The notes under the pieces were generated by a model. It saw only the letters and a program-made list of their open reading frames with translations. It was not told where the DNA came from and searched no databases. Both the position numbers and the translations under genes were made by a program. Positions 1 through 9,921 of a stretch of 64,000 bases of DNA are shown piece after piece. Each line of letters starts with the position of its first letter. Positions within the stretch are counted from its first letter, which is position 1. Source of the DNA: an uncultured Actinomycetota bacterium. Lineage in GTDB: Bacteria > Actinomycetota > UBA4738 > HRBIN12. The stretch is from NCBI GenBank assembly GCA_963842295.1, contig CAWJFY010000007.1:18994-82993 (forward strand). Reading direction: 5' to 3'.

Positions 1-741
1 GCGCTCCGGTCCCTCGCCGAGGATCACCAGGCGCGCGGGTCGACCCTCGTGGACGCGAGCGAACGCGCGCAGGAGCGTCCCGAAGTCCTTCTGCTTCGAG
101 AGCCTCCCCACCGACAGCACGACGGGCGGCTCCCCCTCACGGAACCAGGGATGATCCAACGGGGTCCTCGCCAGCTCCTTCAGCTCGGGGGTCACGATGG
201 GGTTGTGTACCACCTCGATGCGCTCTCGGGACAGGCCGGTCGTCCGAGCGAGGTCATCCGCCGTCCCGCGGGCGACGGACACGATGCGATCCGCCCACGG
301 GTAGAAGCGCCCGATCAGTCTGGGCATCAGCCGATGCCTCCGGCGGGGTGAATGCGCTGCCTCGAGGGAGAGCGCGTTCTGCTCGTTCACGACCAGCCTC
401 GTGTCCACCCGAGCCAGCGCCCTGGCCCAGATGCCCACGACGTTCACGTAGTTCATCGACGTCAGCATCGCCGCCGGACGTTCGCGCCGCAGGTACCGGA
501 TGAGGCCCGGGATACTCGTGAGGACACGGCCGGAATCCAGGTTCACGATGCGGACCGTGTCGGGAACCTCGAGGAGATAGTGCCCTTCCGCCCGGCTCAG
601 CACGAGGTCCACGTCGTATCCCTGATCCGCGATCCCGCCGGCGAGCTTCGCCATCGCCCGCTCGGCGCCGCCGCCGTCCATGTTCGAAGTGAAGATCGCC
701 ACCCGTACCTTGCCGTTCGACGTGCCACCCCGTTCGGTCAT
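1..741 (-). CDS. Glycosyltransferase, GT4/GT-B fold, partial (C-terminus lies beyond window start)
   Basis: Not in ORF track because there is no in-window stop. Reverse translation from ATG at 741 gives MTERGGTSNGKVRVAIFTSNMDGGGAERAMAKLAGGIADQGYDVDLVLSR..., a typical GT4 N-terminal Rossmann domain. Its ATG overlaps the TGA of the upstream wzx (ATGA). Confidence 0.6.
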   Translation of the reverse strand, partial: MTERGGTSNGKVRVAIFTSNMDGGGAERAMAKLAGGIADQGYDVDLVLSRAEGHYLLEVPDTVRIVNLDSGRVLTSIPGLIRYLRRERPAAMLTSMNYVNVVGIWARALARVDTRLVVNEQNALSLEAAHSPRRRHRLMPRLIGRFYPWADRIVSVARGTADDLARTTGLSRERIEVVHNPIVTPELKELARTPLDHPWFREGEPPVVLSVGRLSKQKDFGTLLRAFARVHEGRPARLVILGEGPER

Positions 742-2341
742 GTGAGCCGCACCACCTTGCGGAACCGATGCCACAGGAGCTGCCTCGCCTCGGCCGGCAG
801 TCCGGCGAAGAACGCGACGATCGCGACGACCCCGGCAGACACGCCGGCGTACAGGACGAGGGTCGGCCACGAGCCTGCGTGGGCGGCGGCGCCGAGCGCG
901 CTCGCGCCGGCGAAGAGCGCGCCGGTCGCGAGCGCCGGCCGCACGATGCCTCTCAGCTGTCGCTCGGGTGGGATGCCGAGCAGCCGGCCGATCATCCACG
1001 GGTAGCTGATGCTCTGGATCGTCCGTCCCACGATGAACCCGAGTGCGAGGCCGATGATCCCCATATCCATTGGGCCGAGGAAGAGCAACGCGAGGCCAAC
1101 CGAGAGAACAGCCGAGAGCGCACCGAGAAGCACCTTCCTGCGAAGGTTGAGCGTCAGGTCGATGATGTTGGCGTCCGTGCGGATCAGGGCGAACTGCAGC
1201 ACCATCAGCATGATCATCAGGACCGCGGCCGGTCCCGGGTAATAGCGCTCGCCGACCCACAGCCGCAGGAACGACTCCTCCCACACCAGCACCGTCGTCC
1301 CCGCCACGATCGTGAAGAGCCAGATCGAACTCATGGTCTCTTTCCGGATGCGATCGGCTCGCGCGAGTTCGCCCGCCCCGATCAGCCCACCGAGCCCCGG
1401 CATGATCGCGACGATCACCGTCGCGACCGCGACGGTGATCGCCTGCGGGATGTATTTGGCCAGGGTGTACGTGGTGACGAGCGCCGGAGACTCCACGACG
1501 CCCAGCACGACGACGTCGCTCGCGAGCATGATCACCATGACGAGGTTCCACAGGAGGAACCACCAGCTGAGGCGCACGAAACGGCCGACCTCGGCCAGAC
1601 TCGGCCTCGCGATGCCGAACCACTCGACACGGGACCGCACGATGAACAGTAGGTCACGCCCCACAGCACGGTGGCGATCGTCGTGGCAACGGCGAGACCG
1701 CCGATCCCATAGCCCATGTAGACGGCGACGACGAGGAGCGTCTTGCTGACGAAGACCAGCAGGACCGACAGGCCCAGCCGTTTGTACCCGAGGTTCTCCC
1801 CCTGCAGGACCGACTGCGGCAGGTAGAGCAGGCTGAACAGGACCGCATCGAGGACCAAGATGGCCGCGGCCACACGGACGGTGCCGTAGTCGGCCGGCGC
1901 AACGTGGAGCCAGATCGGCGCAACCCAGGCGAGCACTCCACCGATCGCGACGAGCAGTGGGAGGAAGAGCACCCACACCGCCAGCGCATTGCCGACCTGC
2001 CGCCGCTTGAAGTCGTAGTCGGTCGATCGCTGCTCGTGCGCGATCGTCCACTTCAGGGCCTCTCCCGGACGGCCGCTCGCCGGCGAGGCGTGCCCGATCA
2101 GTCGCTGAAGCACCTGCCAGATCCCGTAAGTGGTGTCACCGAGCTTCGTCAGCAGGATCGGGCTGATGATCAGCCCCGCGATGATCCGTGCGATCTGTTC
2201 CGCCGTCGACGCGGCGGCGTTCAGCGACGCCTTCTTCGTGAGGCTCCCGTCGGAGACCACTCGCGAGACGGCACGCCCGAGGCGACCCTTCGGCTTGGCC
2301 GCTGGGGTCGCGTCTTCCGTCTTCAGCCCTCCCGGCGCCAT
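738..2341 (-). pseudogene. wzx: Wzx-type oligosaccharide flippase (MOP superfamily) split into two frames by a single frameshift near 1645-1660; genuine pseudogene or assembly indel
   Basis: ORF 1532..2341 encodes the N-terminal multi-TM half (TKLGDTTYGIWQVLQRLIG...). ORF 738..2051 encodes the C-terminal multi-TM half from about residue 134 onward. The two good reading frames meet at about 1648-1652, next to a C4 run. Confidence 0.6.
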
Positions 2342-2344
2342 CCT

Positions 2345-3976
2345 CTAGAGCCTCGACCAGATCACGGATCTGATCTCCGAGAGCACCTGATCCTTGGACG
2401 GAGCAGCGTCGACCACGGTCGCCTGAGAACCGTGCCAATCCATGCGCCAGATCTCCTCCGAACGAGGGCGAACGGAAGACTCAGGCTCGACGCCACGCTT
2501 CCGCTCGACAGCGGTATCGGGGTCGAGCCGAAGCACGATCAGGAGGTCCGGGCTCGCGATCCGATCGTAGTAGCTCCGCTCCATCGCGGCCATGGACCGA
2601 GCCCAACCGCCCCATCGCGACGGATCCTTCATGCGGGCCGTCACAGCTCCGTCCATCAGGGTGACCTGCGGCAGCGGATAGCGGTCGCAGAAGACGACCG
2701 AGCCGTTCGATGCGAGGCGCCGTGCCCTCCGATAGGTGCGGAAACGATCGCGAGCCGTGAGCACCTCCCACGCGAGTCGCGCCCGGTTCCGAAGGGTCAT
2801 CCTGCCCTCGTCGGCAGCGGAGAGAGAAGACCTGAGAACCTTCGCGGAGGACGTGGAAGACCGCTTCGCGGCGGCCACCAGTCTCAGCAGGCTCTTGACG
2901 AGCGCGGTGAGCGGAGACCAACCGGGCTTGCCCATGTGCACCGTGTGCGAGTCGATGTTCTCGGAGGAGAACCAGTGCGACAGCGCATCGACCGCTGTCG
3001 TCTTCCCGGCTCCGTCCCCACCCACGACGGCGATCAGCGCGCCACCCGAAGCCAGACGGTTCTTGACCGGGCCCCGCCGAAGGATCTTCCGTCGGAACAC
3101 GGTCCGGAACCGTCGCCACATCCGCACCCAGGTGTCGACGGCCGGCGGCCGGCGGCTCCAGCCGGCGAGCGTTCGCTGGAGGCGGCTCGCCGTCCTGATC
3201 CCGAACCAGCGTGACGATCCAGGTTTCACGGATCGGAGACATCGCTCCCACAGCTCGCGCGAGATGAAGGGGAAGTGTTCGTCGGTGAGCGCCCAGACCT
3301 CGAGGAGGTCCACCTGCCCGAGGAGGTCATCCAGTTCCCGTCGCTCGCTTCGCGACAGCGATCCCTGGAACGTCACGAACGCATCCCACGTGCAGTGCTT
3401 GACCGTCATCCGGATGAGGAACAGAGCGAGCTCGAAGGCCGGGGAGGGGATCTTGAACGTCCGATCGAGGGTCGCGGAATCGAGGTAGGCGTCCTCGACC
3501 GGCAGGTGGATGTTCTTGGTCATGTCATCGCCGATGACGAGCTGATAGTGGGCGTGGATGTGAACGAAGGCGCCCGTCGGATCGAGCCCGTACGAGTGAT
3601 AGACGCCGGGAAGCTGCTTCCACCGAGGTTGGCGGACATCCTTGAAGCCCAGCCGCCGGAGGATCTCTTCGAAGCGTTCCGCGTCCGATCTGCTCACCAG
3701 AAGATCGAGATCGTTCTCCCCGGTCGCGGATCGCCCGATCGCCTCGTTGCTCTTCCAGTGGCAATACCTGATGCCCTCGGCGTCGAGGGACCTGCAAAGG
3801 ACGGCGATCAGCTCGAGCACGCCGTCGTGTTGGGTCCCACGTTTCGGGTCGCCGGAGGCGGGGACTTCCTGGAACCCCCTCGACGATCCAGCGTCGGAGT
3901 CGAGCACGCCCGCGCCACCCACGGTCTTCCCCGGATCTTGGGTTTCGCGCAGGTGAGCACCTCTGTCAGCGCTCAT
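2345..3976 (-). CDS. Two-domain protein: N-terminal Pol-beta-like nucleotidyltransferase-like domain + C-terminal thymidylate-kinase-family P-loop domain
   Basis: 543 aa ORF. N-terminal region has the NTase-like signature GRSATGENDLDLLV. C-terminal region has TMPK motifs: Walker A IAVVGGDGAGKTT, DRY motif (VVFCDRYP), and PDLLIVLRLDPDTAVERKR resembling the TMPK C-terminal PDLxxxLDV motif. Product unknown. Confidence 0.55.
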   Translation of the reverse strand: MSADRGAHLRETQDPGKTVGGAGVLDSDAGSSRGFQEVPASGDPKRGTQHDGVLELIAVLCRSLDAEGIRYCHWKSNEAIGRSATGENDLDLLVSRSDAERFEEILRRLGFKDVRQPRWKQLPGVYHSYGLDPTGAFVHIHAHYQLVIGDDMTKNIHLPVEDAYLDSATLDRTFKIPSPAFELALFLIRMTVKHCTWDAFVTFQGSLSRSERRELDDLLGQVDLLEVWALTDEHFPFISRELWERCLRSVKPGSSRWFGIRTASRLQRTLAGWSRRPPAVDTWVRMWRRFRTVFRRKILRRGPVKNRLASGGALIAVVGGDGAGKTTAVDALSHWFSSENIDSHTVHMGKPGWSPLTALVKSLLRLVAAAKRSSTSSAKVLRSSLSAADEGRMTLRNRARLAWEVLTARDRFRTYRRARRLASNGSVVFCDRYPLPQVTLMDGAVTARMKDPSRWGGWARSMAAMERSYYDRIASPDLLIVLRLDPDTAVERKRGVEPESSVRPRSEEIWRMDWHGSQATVVDAAPSKDQVLSEIRSVIWSRL

Positions 3977-4140
3977 GGTGCGCTTCTCTCGGACATACCT
4001 TGCTCCACCGCGGTTGGGTTACCTCAGACGTTATGCGAACATCATGCGGAGGGGCACCGGTACGATGACGTACCGCCCCTACGACGTGTGCACGATGGTG
4101 GGCTCTCATGGTGCCTCTACCGTGACAACTCGGGCGGGAA

Positions 4141-4175
4141 CCGGCGTAGACGCCGCGTTCCGGCCTCTACGCCGG
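4141..4175. promoter_or_regulatory. Near-perfect 14-nt inverted repeat (ccggcgtagacgcc / ggcctctacgccgg) with 7-nt spacer in the divergent intergenic region just upstream of wzc
   Basis: Read directly: 4141-4154 and 4162-4175 are reverse complements with one mismatch. It sits 5 nt upstream of the first candidate wzc start (4180) and just upstream of the RBS-like GGATGGGGATGGG. Confidence 0.4.
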
Positions 4176-4179
4176 TCAG

Positions 4180-5868
4180 ATGGACCAGGATGGGGATGGG
4201 ATGAGCAAACAGCTCCAGGAACCTCGCTCGGTCTCCACGGACGGGTCGGTCGACCTCCGTGAGTTCTTGCAGAAGGTAGCTCATCGCAAGTGGCTGGTGC
4301 TTGCGGTGGTCATGCTCGTGACCGGTTTGGCCGCCGGCTACTCGTATTCGCGCCCGGAGGTATTCTCGGCCACCTCGAAGGTGCTGGTCCGCCCGACCCT
4401 CATCCAGCCTGGCGACACCGACCCGTTCGACAACATCAGCATGCCAACCGAGGCGCAGCTGGTCGCAAGTACCGATGTCGCCCGGATCGCGTGGGAGACC
4501 CTCGGATCCTCGGGCCGGATCGTCGACCTGATCAATCGGGTCTCCGTCACGACGCCGGAGAGCACGCAGATCCTCCAGATCACGTTCACGGATCGGAGCG
4601 CCGATGGCGCCCGCGCCGGTGCGCAAGCGTTCGCGCAGGCGTACCTCGAGTTCAAGGCCGAGCAGGCGACGGATGAGATCGCGGCCAACACGGCCAAGGT
4701 CCAGGCTCTGATCGACGACGTGAGCGAGGACATCGTGACCTTGGATGCGCGGATCCAGGACCTCACCCAGGACTCCCCCGAGTGGGCGATCGCGAAGTCC
4801 GACCGCAGATCCGCCGAGGCCCGCAGGTCGGGCCTGCTCGATCAGCTCACGGTGATCACCACGTCCAGCATCGACCCCGGCGAGGTGGTGCAGCGGGCGG
4901 AGCGACCGTCGGTGCCGATCAGCCCGAAGCACCAGGTCGATATCGCGCTCGGCGTCCTCCTGGGGCTCGCGGCCGGTGTCGCCCTCGCCTCGGTGCGGGA
5001 CCAGCTGCAAGACCGCATCCAGAGCCCGACCGCCTTCCGGAAGGTCCTGAAGGCGCCGACCCTGGGGCTCATCCCCGAGTCGCCGATGCTCCGCGGAGAT
5101 CTGCCGCGTCTCGTGACGATCGACGCGCCGCGAAGCCCGGCGGCCGAGGCCTATCGAACGTTACGGACGAATCTCCTGGCGGCTTGCAAGGGGACCAAGG
5201 TGAGGACGGTCCTGGTCACGGGAGCCCGGCAAGGCGAAGGGAAGACGACGACAGCCGTGAATCTGGCGGTCGCGCTCGCGCAGGTGGGCAGATCCGTGGT
5301 CCTCATCGGGGCGGACCTCCGGTACCCGCGCGTGCACTCCGTCCTGGGGATCGGAAACGAGCGGGGCCTCGGTCAAGTGCTCCTGGGATCCGTGTCCCTC
5401 GACGACGCGCTCGTCAACTCGTCCATCCCAGACTTGCGTGTCCTCCCGAGCGGACCGGTGACGGGGATCGATGAGCCTGTCGAGCTCCTGCAGTCGGAGC
5501 GCATGTTCGAGGTCATCCGCAGCTGCCGCCAGGCCGACTTCGTGATCGTGGACGGCCCCCCGATCGAGCCTGTCGCCGACAGCCTCGTGCTGGCCGACCT
5601 GGTCGACGGGGTGCTGCTCGTCACGGACGCTCAGTCGGGGACGCGAGCGGGTGTCTCGCGAACGCGTCTCCAGCTCGAGCAGGTCGGAGCCAACATCCTG
5701 GGCGGGGTCCTGAATCGGGTGGACAAGTCCATGACCCCGGACAGGTACGGCGAGTACGAGCAGAGACGCGGACTCTTGCACAGGTCTCCGTACGACGACA
5801 CCGATCGAGAGCTCGCCTCGCTCCGCCAGGAGACGACGTGGCCCCCAGAGACCTCGAGCCGGGTCTGA
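4180..5868 (+). CDS. wzc: Polysaccharide co-polymerase / BY-kinase (Wzz domain fused to CpsD/CapB-like tyrosine autokinase)
   Basis: N-terminal TM and Wzz-like region (LVLAVVMLVTGLAAGYS). C-terminal P-loop VLVTGARQGEGKTTTAVNLAVALA, Walker B-like DFVIVDGPP, and a Tyr-containing C-terminal tail (RYGEYEQ...SPYDD). Alternative start at 4201. Confidence 0.8.
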   Translation: MDQDGDGMSKQLQEPRSVSTDGSVDLREFLQKVAHRKWLVLAVVMLVTGLAAGYSYSRPEVFSATSKVLVRPTLIQPGDTDPFDNISMPTEAQLVASTDVARIAWETLGSSGRIVDLINRVSVTTPESTQILQITFTDRSADGARAGAQAFAQAYLEFKAEQATDEIAANTAKVQALIDDVSEDIVTLDARIQDLTQDSPEWAIAKSDRRSAEARRSGLLDQLTVITTSSIDPGEVVQRAERPSVPISPKHQVDIALGVLLGLAAGVALASVRDQLQDRIQSPTAFRKVLKAPTLGLIPESPMLRGDLPRLVTIDAPRSPAAEAYRTLRTNLLAACKGTKVRTVLVTGARQGEGKTTTAVNLAVALAQVGRSVVLIGADLRYPRVHSVLGIGNERGLGQVLLGSVSLDDALVNSSIPDLRVLPSGPVTGIDEPVELLQSERMFEVIRSCRQADFVIVDGPPIEPVADSLVLADLVDGVLLVTDAQSGTRAGVSRTRLQLEQVGANILGGVLNRVDKSMTPDRYGEYEQRRGLLHRSPYDDTDRELASLRQETTWPPETSSRV

Positions 5869-6005
5869 TCGGCCGAGTCGTACGTCCGCGGGCCCTCGTC
5901 GCTACGTCGAGGGCCGTACGGAACGTACCGACCGCGTGGGTCGGCCCGGAGCGTTGCAGGCCATAGCCTCTGGACAAGCGAGATGGACGAGAGCGGAGGC
6001 ATGCG

Positions 6006-7394
6006 GTGAAGGTTGCGGTGATGGGTACCGGGCACGTCGGATTGGTGACGTGCGTGACGTTCGCCAGCATCGGACACGAGGTCGTCGGAACGGATGTCGA
6101 TGTCGAGAAGATCGAGCTCCTCCGGCGAGGCATCCCACCGTTCTTCGAGCCCGGACTCGAAGAAGCGATGAAGCGGGAATCGGCCTCGGGACGACTGTCC
6201 TTCAGCACGATCGCGGCCGACGCGCTCCGTGACGCTGAGGTCGTGTTCATCTGCGTCGGCACACCCGCTCGCGCCAACGGCGACGCGAACCTCCTCGCGA
6301 TGGAGCAGTCCGCCGGTCAGATCGCGCGCCACGCTCCTGACGGTGCGGTCGTGGTCGAGAAGTCGACCGTCCCGGCAGGGACGGCGGACCGCGTCCGGAC
6401 CACCTTGCAGCGCGAGGGCGGCGGGAAGAGCTTCTCCCTGGCGTCCAATCCGGAATTCCTGCGCGAAGGGGCGGCGATGCACGATGCGCTCGAACCCGAT
6501 CGCATCGTCATCGGCGTCGAGTCACCCCGGTCGCTCGAAGTCCTCCGGCTTCTCTACGCGCCGTTGCTGGAGGCAGGGATCGATCTGATCGTGACCGACA
6601 TCCGCACGGCCGAGCTCGCGAAGCACGCGAGCAACGCATTCCTCTCCCTGAAGATCTCGTTCGCGAACGCGCTCGCACGCGTTTGCGAGCGCGCGGGCGC
6701 CGACGTGACGGCGGTGGCCGACGTGATGGGCTCCGATCCACGTATCGGCCGAGCGTTCTTGAACGCGGGGATCGGCTACGGCGGGTACTGCTTCCCGAAG
6801 GACGTGGCCGCGCTGAAGCGGCTCTCCGAGCGCCTGGGATATCCCTTCCCGTTGCTGCAGGAGGTCGAGCGGCTGAACGACGAAGCCGTCGAGGCCGCCG
6901 CCGCGAAGGTGGAGGAGGCGCTGTGGAACCTCGAGGGCAAGCGGATCGCGCTCCTCGGGCTGGCGTTCAAGGGCGGCACCGACGACGTCCGCTTCTCCCC
7001 CGCACTGACGCTCGCACGGCGGTTGCTCGCGTCGGGAGCGCACGTGGTCGGGTGCGACCCGCACGCCGCGAGCAACGCGAAGAACGAGCTCCCCGAGCTC
7101 GAGCTGGCAGGCGACGCCTACGAGGCAGCGGCCGGCGCCCACGCGATCGTCATCGCCACCGATTGGGAGGAGTTCCGCAACCTGGATCTCGCCAAACTCC
7201 GGGAGATCATGACCTATCCGTTGGTCGTCGACGGCCGGAATCTGCTGGACTCCGGCGAGATGGCAGAGGCCGGGTTCTGGTACTACCCGACGGGTCGCCC
7301 GCCGGTCGTGCCGCCGCCCACCGACTCGGCCCCGCCCGGGGTCGGTGCGGTCGAGGGATCCGCCTCGGTCGAGCAGCGATCCGCCGCGCCGTGA
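6006..7394 (+). CDS. ugd: UDP-glucose 6-dehydrogenase
   Basis: GTG start; [35 protein letters not shown]-binding N-terminus; full-length UDP-glucose/GDP-mannose dehydrogenase family architecture. Confidence 0.85.
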   Translation: MKVAVMGTGHVGLVTCVTFASIGHEVVGTDVDVEKIELLRRGIPPFFEPGLEEAMKRESASGRLSFSTIAADALRDAEVVFICVGTPARANGDANLLAMEQSAGQIARHAPDGAVVVEKSTVPAGTADRVRTTLQREGGGKSFSLASNPEFLREGAAMHDALEPDRIVIGVESPRSLEVLRLLYAPLLEAGIDLIVTDIRTAELAKHASNAFLSLKISFANALARVCERAGADVTAVADVMGSDPRIGRAFLNAGIGYGGYCFPKDVAALKRLSERLGYPFPLLQEVERLNDEAVEAAAAKVEEALWNLEGKRIALLGLAFKGGTDDVRFSPALTLARRLLASGAHVVGCDPHAASNAKNELPELELAGDAYEAAAGAHAIVIATDWEEFRNLDLAKLREIMTYPLVVDGRNLLDSGEMAEAGFWYYPTGRPPVVPPPTDSAPPGVGAVEGSASVEQRSAAP

Positions 7395-8356
7395 GCCCCT
7401 CGCGGGCCGTCGTGACCGGAGGAGCAGGCTTCGTCGGCTCCCATCTCTGTGATCGGCTCCTGGAGGAGGGCTGGGAAGTCGTGTGTGTCGACTCCCTCCT
7501 CACGGGAAGGACGGAGAACCTCTCATCCGCCATGACCAACGATCGGTTCTCGCTCCATGAAGCGGACATCACCCGAGGGCTGGACATCGAGGGTCCGCTG
7601 GACTGGGTGTTCCACTTCGCGTCTCCCGCGTCGCCGCGCGACTACCTCGAGCACCCGATCGAGACCCTCGAGGTCGGCGCTCTCGGGTCCTTGGAGTGCC
7701 TCCGCCTCGCCCAGAGGAAAGGAGCGAGCGTGTTCCTCGCATCCACATCGGAGGTGTACGGCGATCCCAAGGTGCATCCCCAGCCTGAGTCCTACTGGGG
7801 AAACGTGAATCCGATCGGCCCCAGGTCCGTCTACGACGAAGGCAAGCGGTTCGCCGAGGCGGCCACCATGGCGTATCACCGGGTGCATGGCCTGCCGGTG
7901 CGCATCATCAGGATCTTCAATACCTATGGCCCACGGATGCGGCGCGAGGACGGTCGCGCGGTGCCTTCGTTCATCGACCAGGCCCTTCGCGGCGAGCCGA
8001 TCACGGTCCACGGGGACGGGACTCAGACCCGCTCGCTCTGCTACGTGGATGACCTCATCGAGGGGATCTCGCGGGTCCTCCACGCCGAGCTGACGGGCCC
8101 GATCAACCTCGGCAATACGGAGGAGGTCTCCGTGGCGCAGCTCGCTGAGCTGATCCGCTCGCTGGCCGGAACCGAGTCCCGGGTCGTCTTCACGGAGCGA
8201 CCGGTCGACGACCCCGAGATGCGGCGTCCCGACGCTTCGATGGCTCGCGATCTCCTCGGTTGGGAGCCACAGGTCCCCCTCCGTCAGGGCCTCGCCAAGA
8301 CGATGGAGTGGATGCGCAGCTCGTCGGAGGCCGGCCTCTCGGGTCCGCAGCGGTAG
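7391..8356 (+). CDS. uxs: UDP-glucuronate decarboxylase (UDP-xylose synthase), SDR family
   Basis: GTG at 7391 overlaps the ugd TGA (GTGA). [18 protein letters not shown] Rossmann motif; [18 protein letters not shown] typical of UXS/ArnA decarboxylases. The 557-aa track ORF (6683..8356) is an antisense-style upstream extension. Confidence 0.8.
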   Translation: MSPSRAVVTGGAGFVGSHLCDRLLEEGWEVVCVDSLLTGRTENLSSAMTNDRFSLHEADITRGLDIEGPLDWVFHFASPASPRDYLEHPIETLEVGALGSLECLRLAQRKGASVFLASTSEVYGDPKVHPQPESYWGNVNPIGPRSVYDEGKRFAEAATMAYHRVHGLPVRIIRIFNTYGPRMRREDGRAVPSFIDQALRGEPITVHGDGTQTRSLCYVDDLIEGISRVLHAELTGPINLGNTEEVSVAQLAELIRSLAGTESRVVFTERPVDDPEMRRPDASMARDLLGWEPQVPLRQGLAKTMEWMRSSSEAGLSGPQR

Positions 8357-8397
8357 CGCCTTCACCACCCAGGACTCGCCGGCGATACGTCCGGCGG

Positions 8398-9192
8398 CTA
8401 GCCCTGATCGTCTTCAGGCGCACCAGCCACGCCGGCTCGCACGCCATCCGATCTCACCAGATTGGCCAGCATCCCGCTTTGCGTGACGAACGCCGCGGCT
8501 TCGAGTCTCGAGTGCACCTCGAGCTTGCCGAGGATGTTCTGGATGTGCGTCCGCGCGGTTTGAGGACTGATCACGAGCGCGCGCGCGATGGATTCGTTGT
8601 CGGAGCCCTGTGCGAGGAGCGCCAGGACCTCCCGCTCTCGCACGGTCAGGCGAGCGATGCGTTCGAACGCCCTGTCCTGATCCCGCTTCCGACGGAGCAG
8701 GCCCGTGAGCAACGGCCCCAGCATCGTCGGCGGCACGAGGGTGTCGCCCCGATGGACCGCTCGCGTCGCGTTGATCAGGTCCGCGAGCGGTGACTCTCTC
8801 GTGATGTATCCGCTCGCGCCGGCGTCCAGCACCTCGACGAGGCTCCGGTAATCCTCCCGGGCGCTCAAGACGAGTACCTGGCACCTCGGCACGTTGGCCT
8901 TGATCGCGGCCGTCGTCTGCGAACCGTCCGACATCGGAAGATCGACATCGAGGATCGCGACATGTGGGAGCGTACGCTCCGCCTCGGCGATGGCCTCCTG
9001 CCCGCTGCGGGCCTCGGCGACAACCTGGATCTCGGCCTCGCCTTCGAGCACCGTCCTCAGGGCCTGCCGGAAGAGGGCGTGGCGATCCGCCAGCAACACG
9101 CGGATCGGATCCGGGGTATCGCTCAAACCAACCTTCCTTCGGTCACGTCCGTAGCTGGTGAGAAAAGTACCTACATCGTCGGCACGCAACAC
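8398..9192 (-). CDS. Response regulator, NarL/FixJ family (REC + LuxR-type HTH)
   Basis: IRVLLADRHALFRQAL...DVDLPMSDG receiver; C-terminal LTVREREVLALLAQGSDNESIARALVISPQTARTHIQNILGKL LuxR HTH. True start may be internal to the ORF. Confidence 0.8.
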   Translation of the reverse strand: MLRADDVGTFLTSYGRDRRKVGLSDTPDPIRVLLADRHALFRQALRTVLEGEAEIQVVAEARSGQEAIAEAERTLPHVAILDVDLPMSDGSQTTAAIKANVPRCQVLVLSAREDYRSLVEVLDAGASGYITRESPLADLINATRAVHRGDTLVPPTMLGPLLTGLLRRKRDQDRAFERIARLTVREREVLALLAQGSDNESIARALVISPQTARTHIQNILGKLEVHSRLEAAAFVTQSGMLANLVRSDGVRAGVAGAPEDDQG

Positions 9193-9213
9193 GCACCGGA
9201 CAGCGTAGTGAGG

Positions 9214-9921
9214 CTACGTCGTTCGCGTGGTGCGGGAGCGGTCGGCCGCGCTCTTTCGAGGGACAGACCGTTCGACGACGAAGTCCGGGCCTACGGTTGA
9301 GGGGATGGGCACCACGCGGTGGCGAACCGCCAGCGTCGCGGCCTCGAGTCGCGAATGCACCTGGAGCTTCGTCAGGATGCTCTGCACGTGGGTGCGGACC
9401 GTGTTCCGGCTGATGGCGAGCCGATCCGCGATCGTCCGGCCGTCGGCGCCCTCCACCAGGAGCCCGAGCACCTCTCGCTCGCGAGGGGTCAGCTGGGAGA
9501 TGAGCAACCACGCGCTGTCGCCGGAACCGCTGCGACGGCTGGTATTGGCCAGGCGGTGAGGGAACACCGTCTGTCCGGCCACGATCGCCTCGATCGAGCT
9601 GACGAACCTGCTGACGGGCGTGTCCTTCGTCAGGTAGCCACGGAAGCCGGCGCGCGACGCCTCCTCGACCGCTTTCGGATCGTCGAGGGCGGTCACCACG
9701 ACCAGCTTCGCGTCGGGCCACCAATCGAGGATCTCCCGTCCCACCGCGAGGCCACTTCGGTCTGGCAGCCCGATATCGAGCAGGACCAGGTCCGGTCGAT
9801 CGTCCTCGAGATAGGCGAGCGCGCTCCGCCCGCTGGTAACGACCGCGGCAGCTTCCATCCCGGCGTCCTCCAACGCCGACCTGATCGCCTCCGCGAACAA
9901 GATCTGATCATCGACGATCAG
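9214..9921 (-). CDS. Second NarL/FixJ-family response regulator; no canonical in-frame start
   Basis: Frame reads (TTT)VRILIVDDQILFAEAIRSALEDAGM... The track start at 9900 is TTG (L) inside the receiver domain. Between the upstream in-frame TGA (9985-9987) and 9900 there is no ATG/GTG/TTG. A CTG at 9921-9919 overlaps the TGA stop of the kinase gene (CTGA). Confidence 0.7.
   Translation of the reverse strand: MIVDDQILFAEAIRSALEDAGMEAAAVVTSGRSALAYLEDDRPDLVLLDIGLPDRSGLAVGREILDWWPDAKLVVVTALDDPKAVEEASRAGFRGYLTKDTPVSRFVSSIEAIVAGQTVFPHRLANTSRRSGSGDSAWLLISQLTPREREVLGLLVEGADGRTIADRLAISRNTVRTHVQSILTKLQVHSRLEAATLAVRHRVVPIPSTVGPDFVVERSVPRKSAADRSRTTRTT

Noticed and set aside
49-1005. Two plus-strand ORFs (100 and 217 aa)
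   Set aside because: Antisense to the GT4 glycosyltransferase that runs off the window start; Arg/His-rich nonsense.
6683-7390. N-terminal 236 aa of the 557-aa ORF ending in the UXS gene
   Set aside because: Arg-rich extension overlapping ugd in another frame. The real UXS start is GTG 7391, coupled to the ugd stop.
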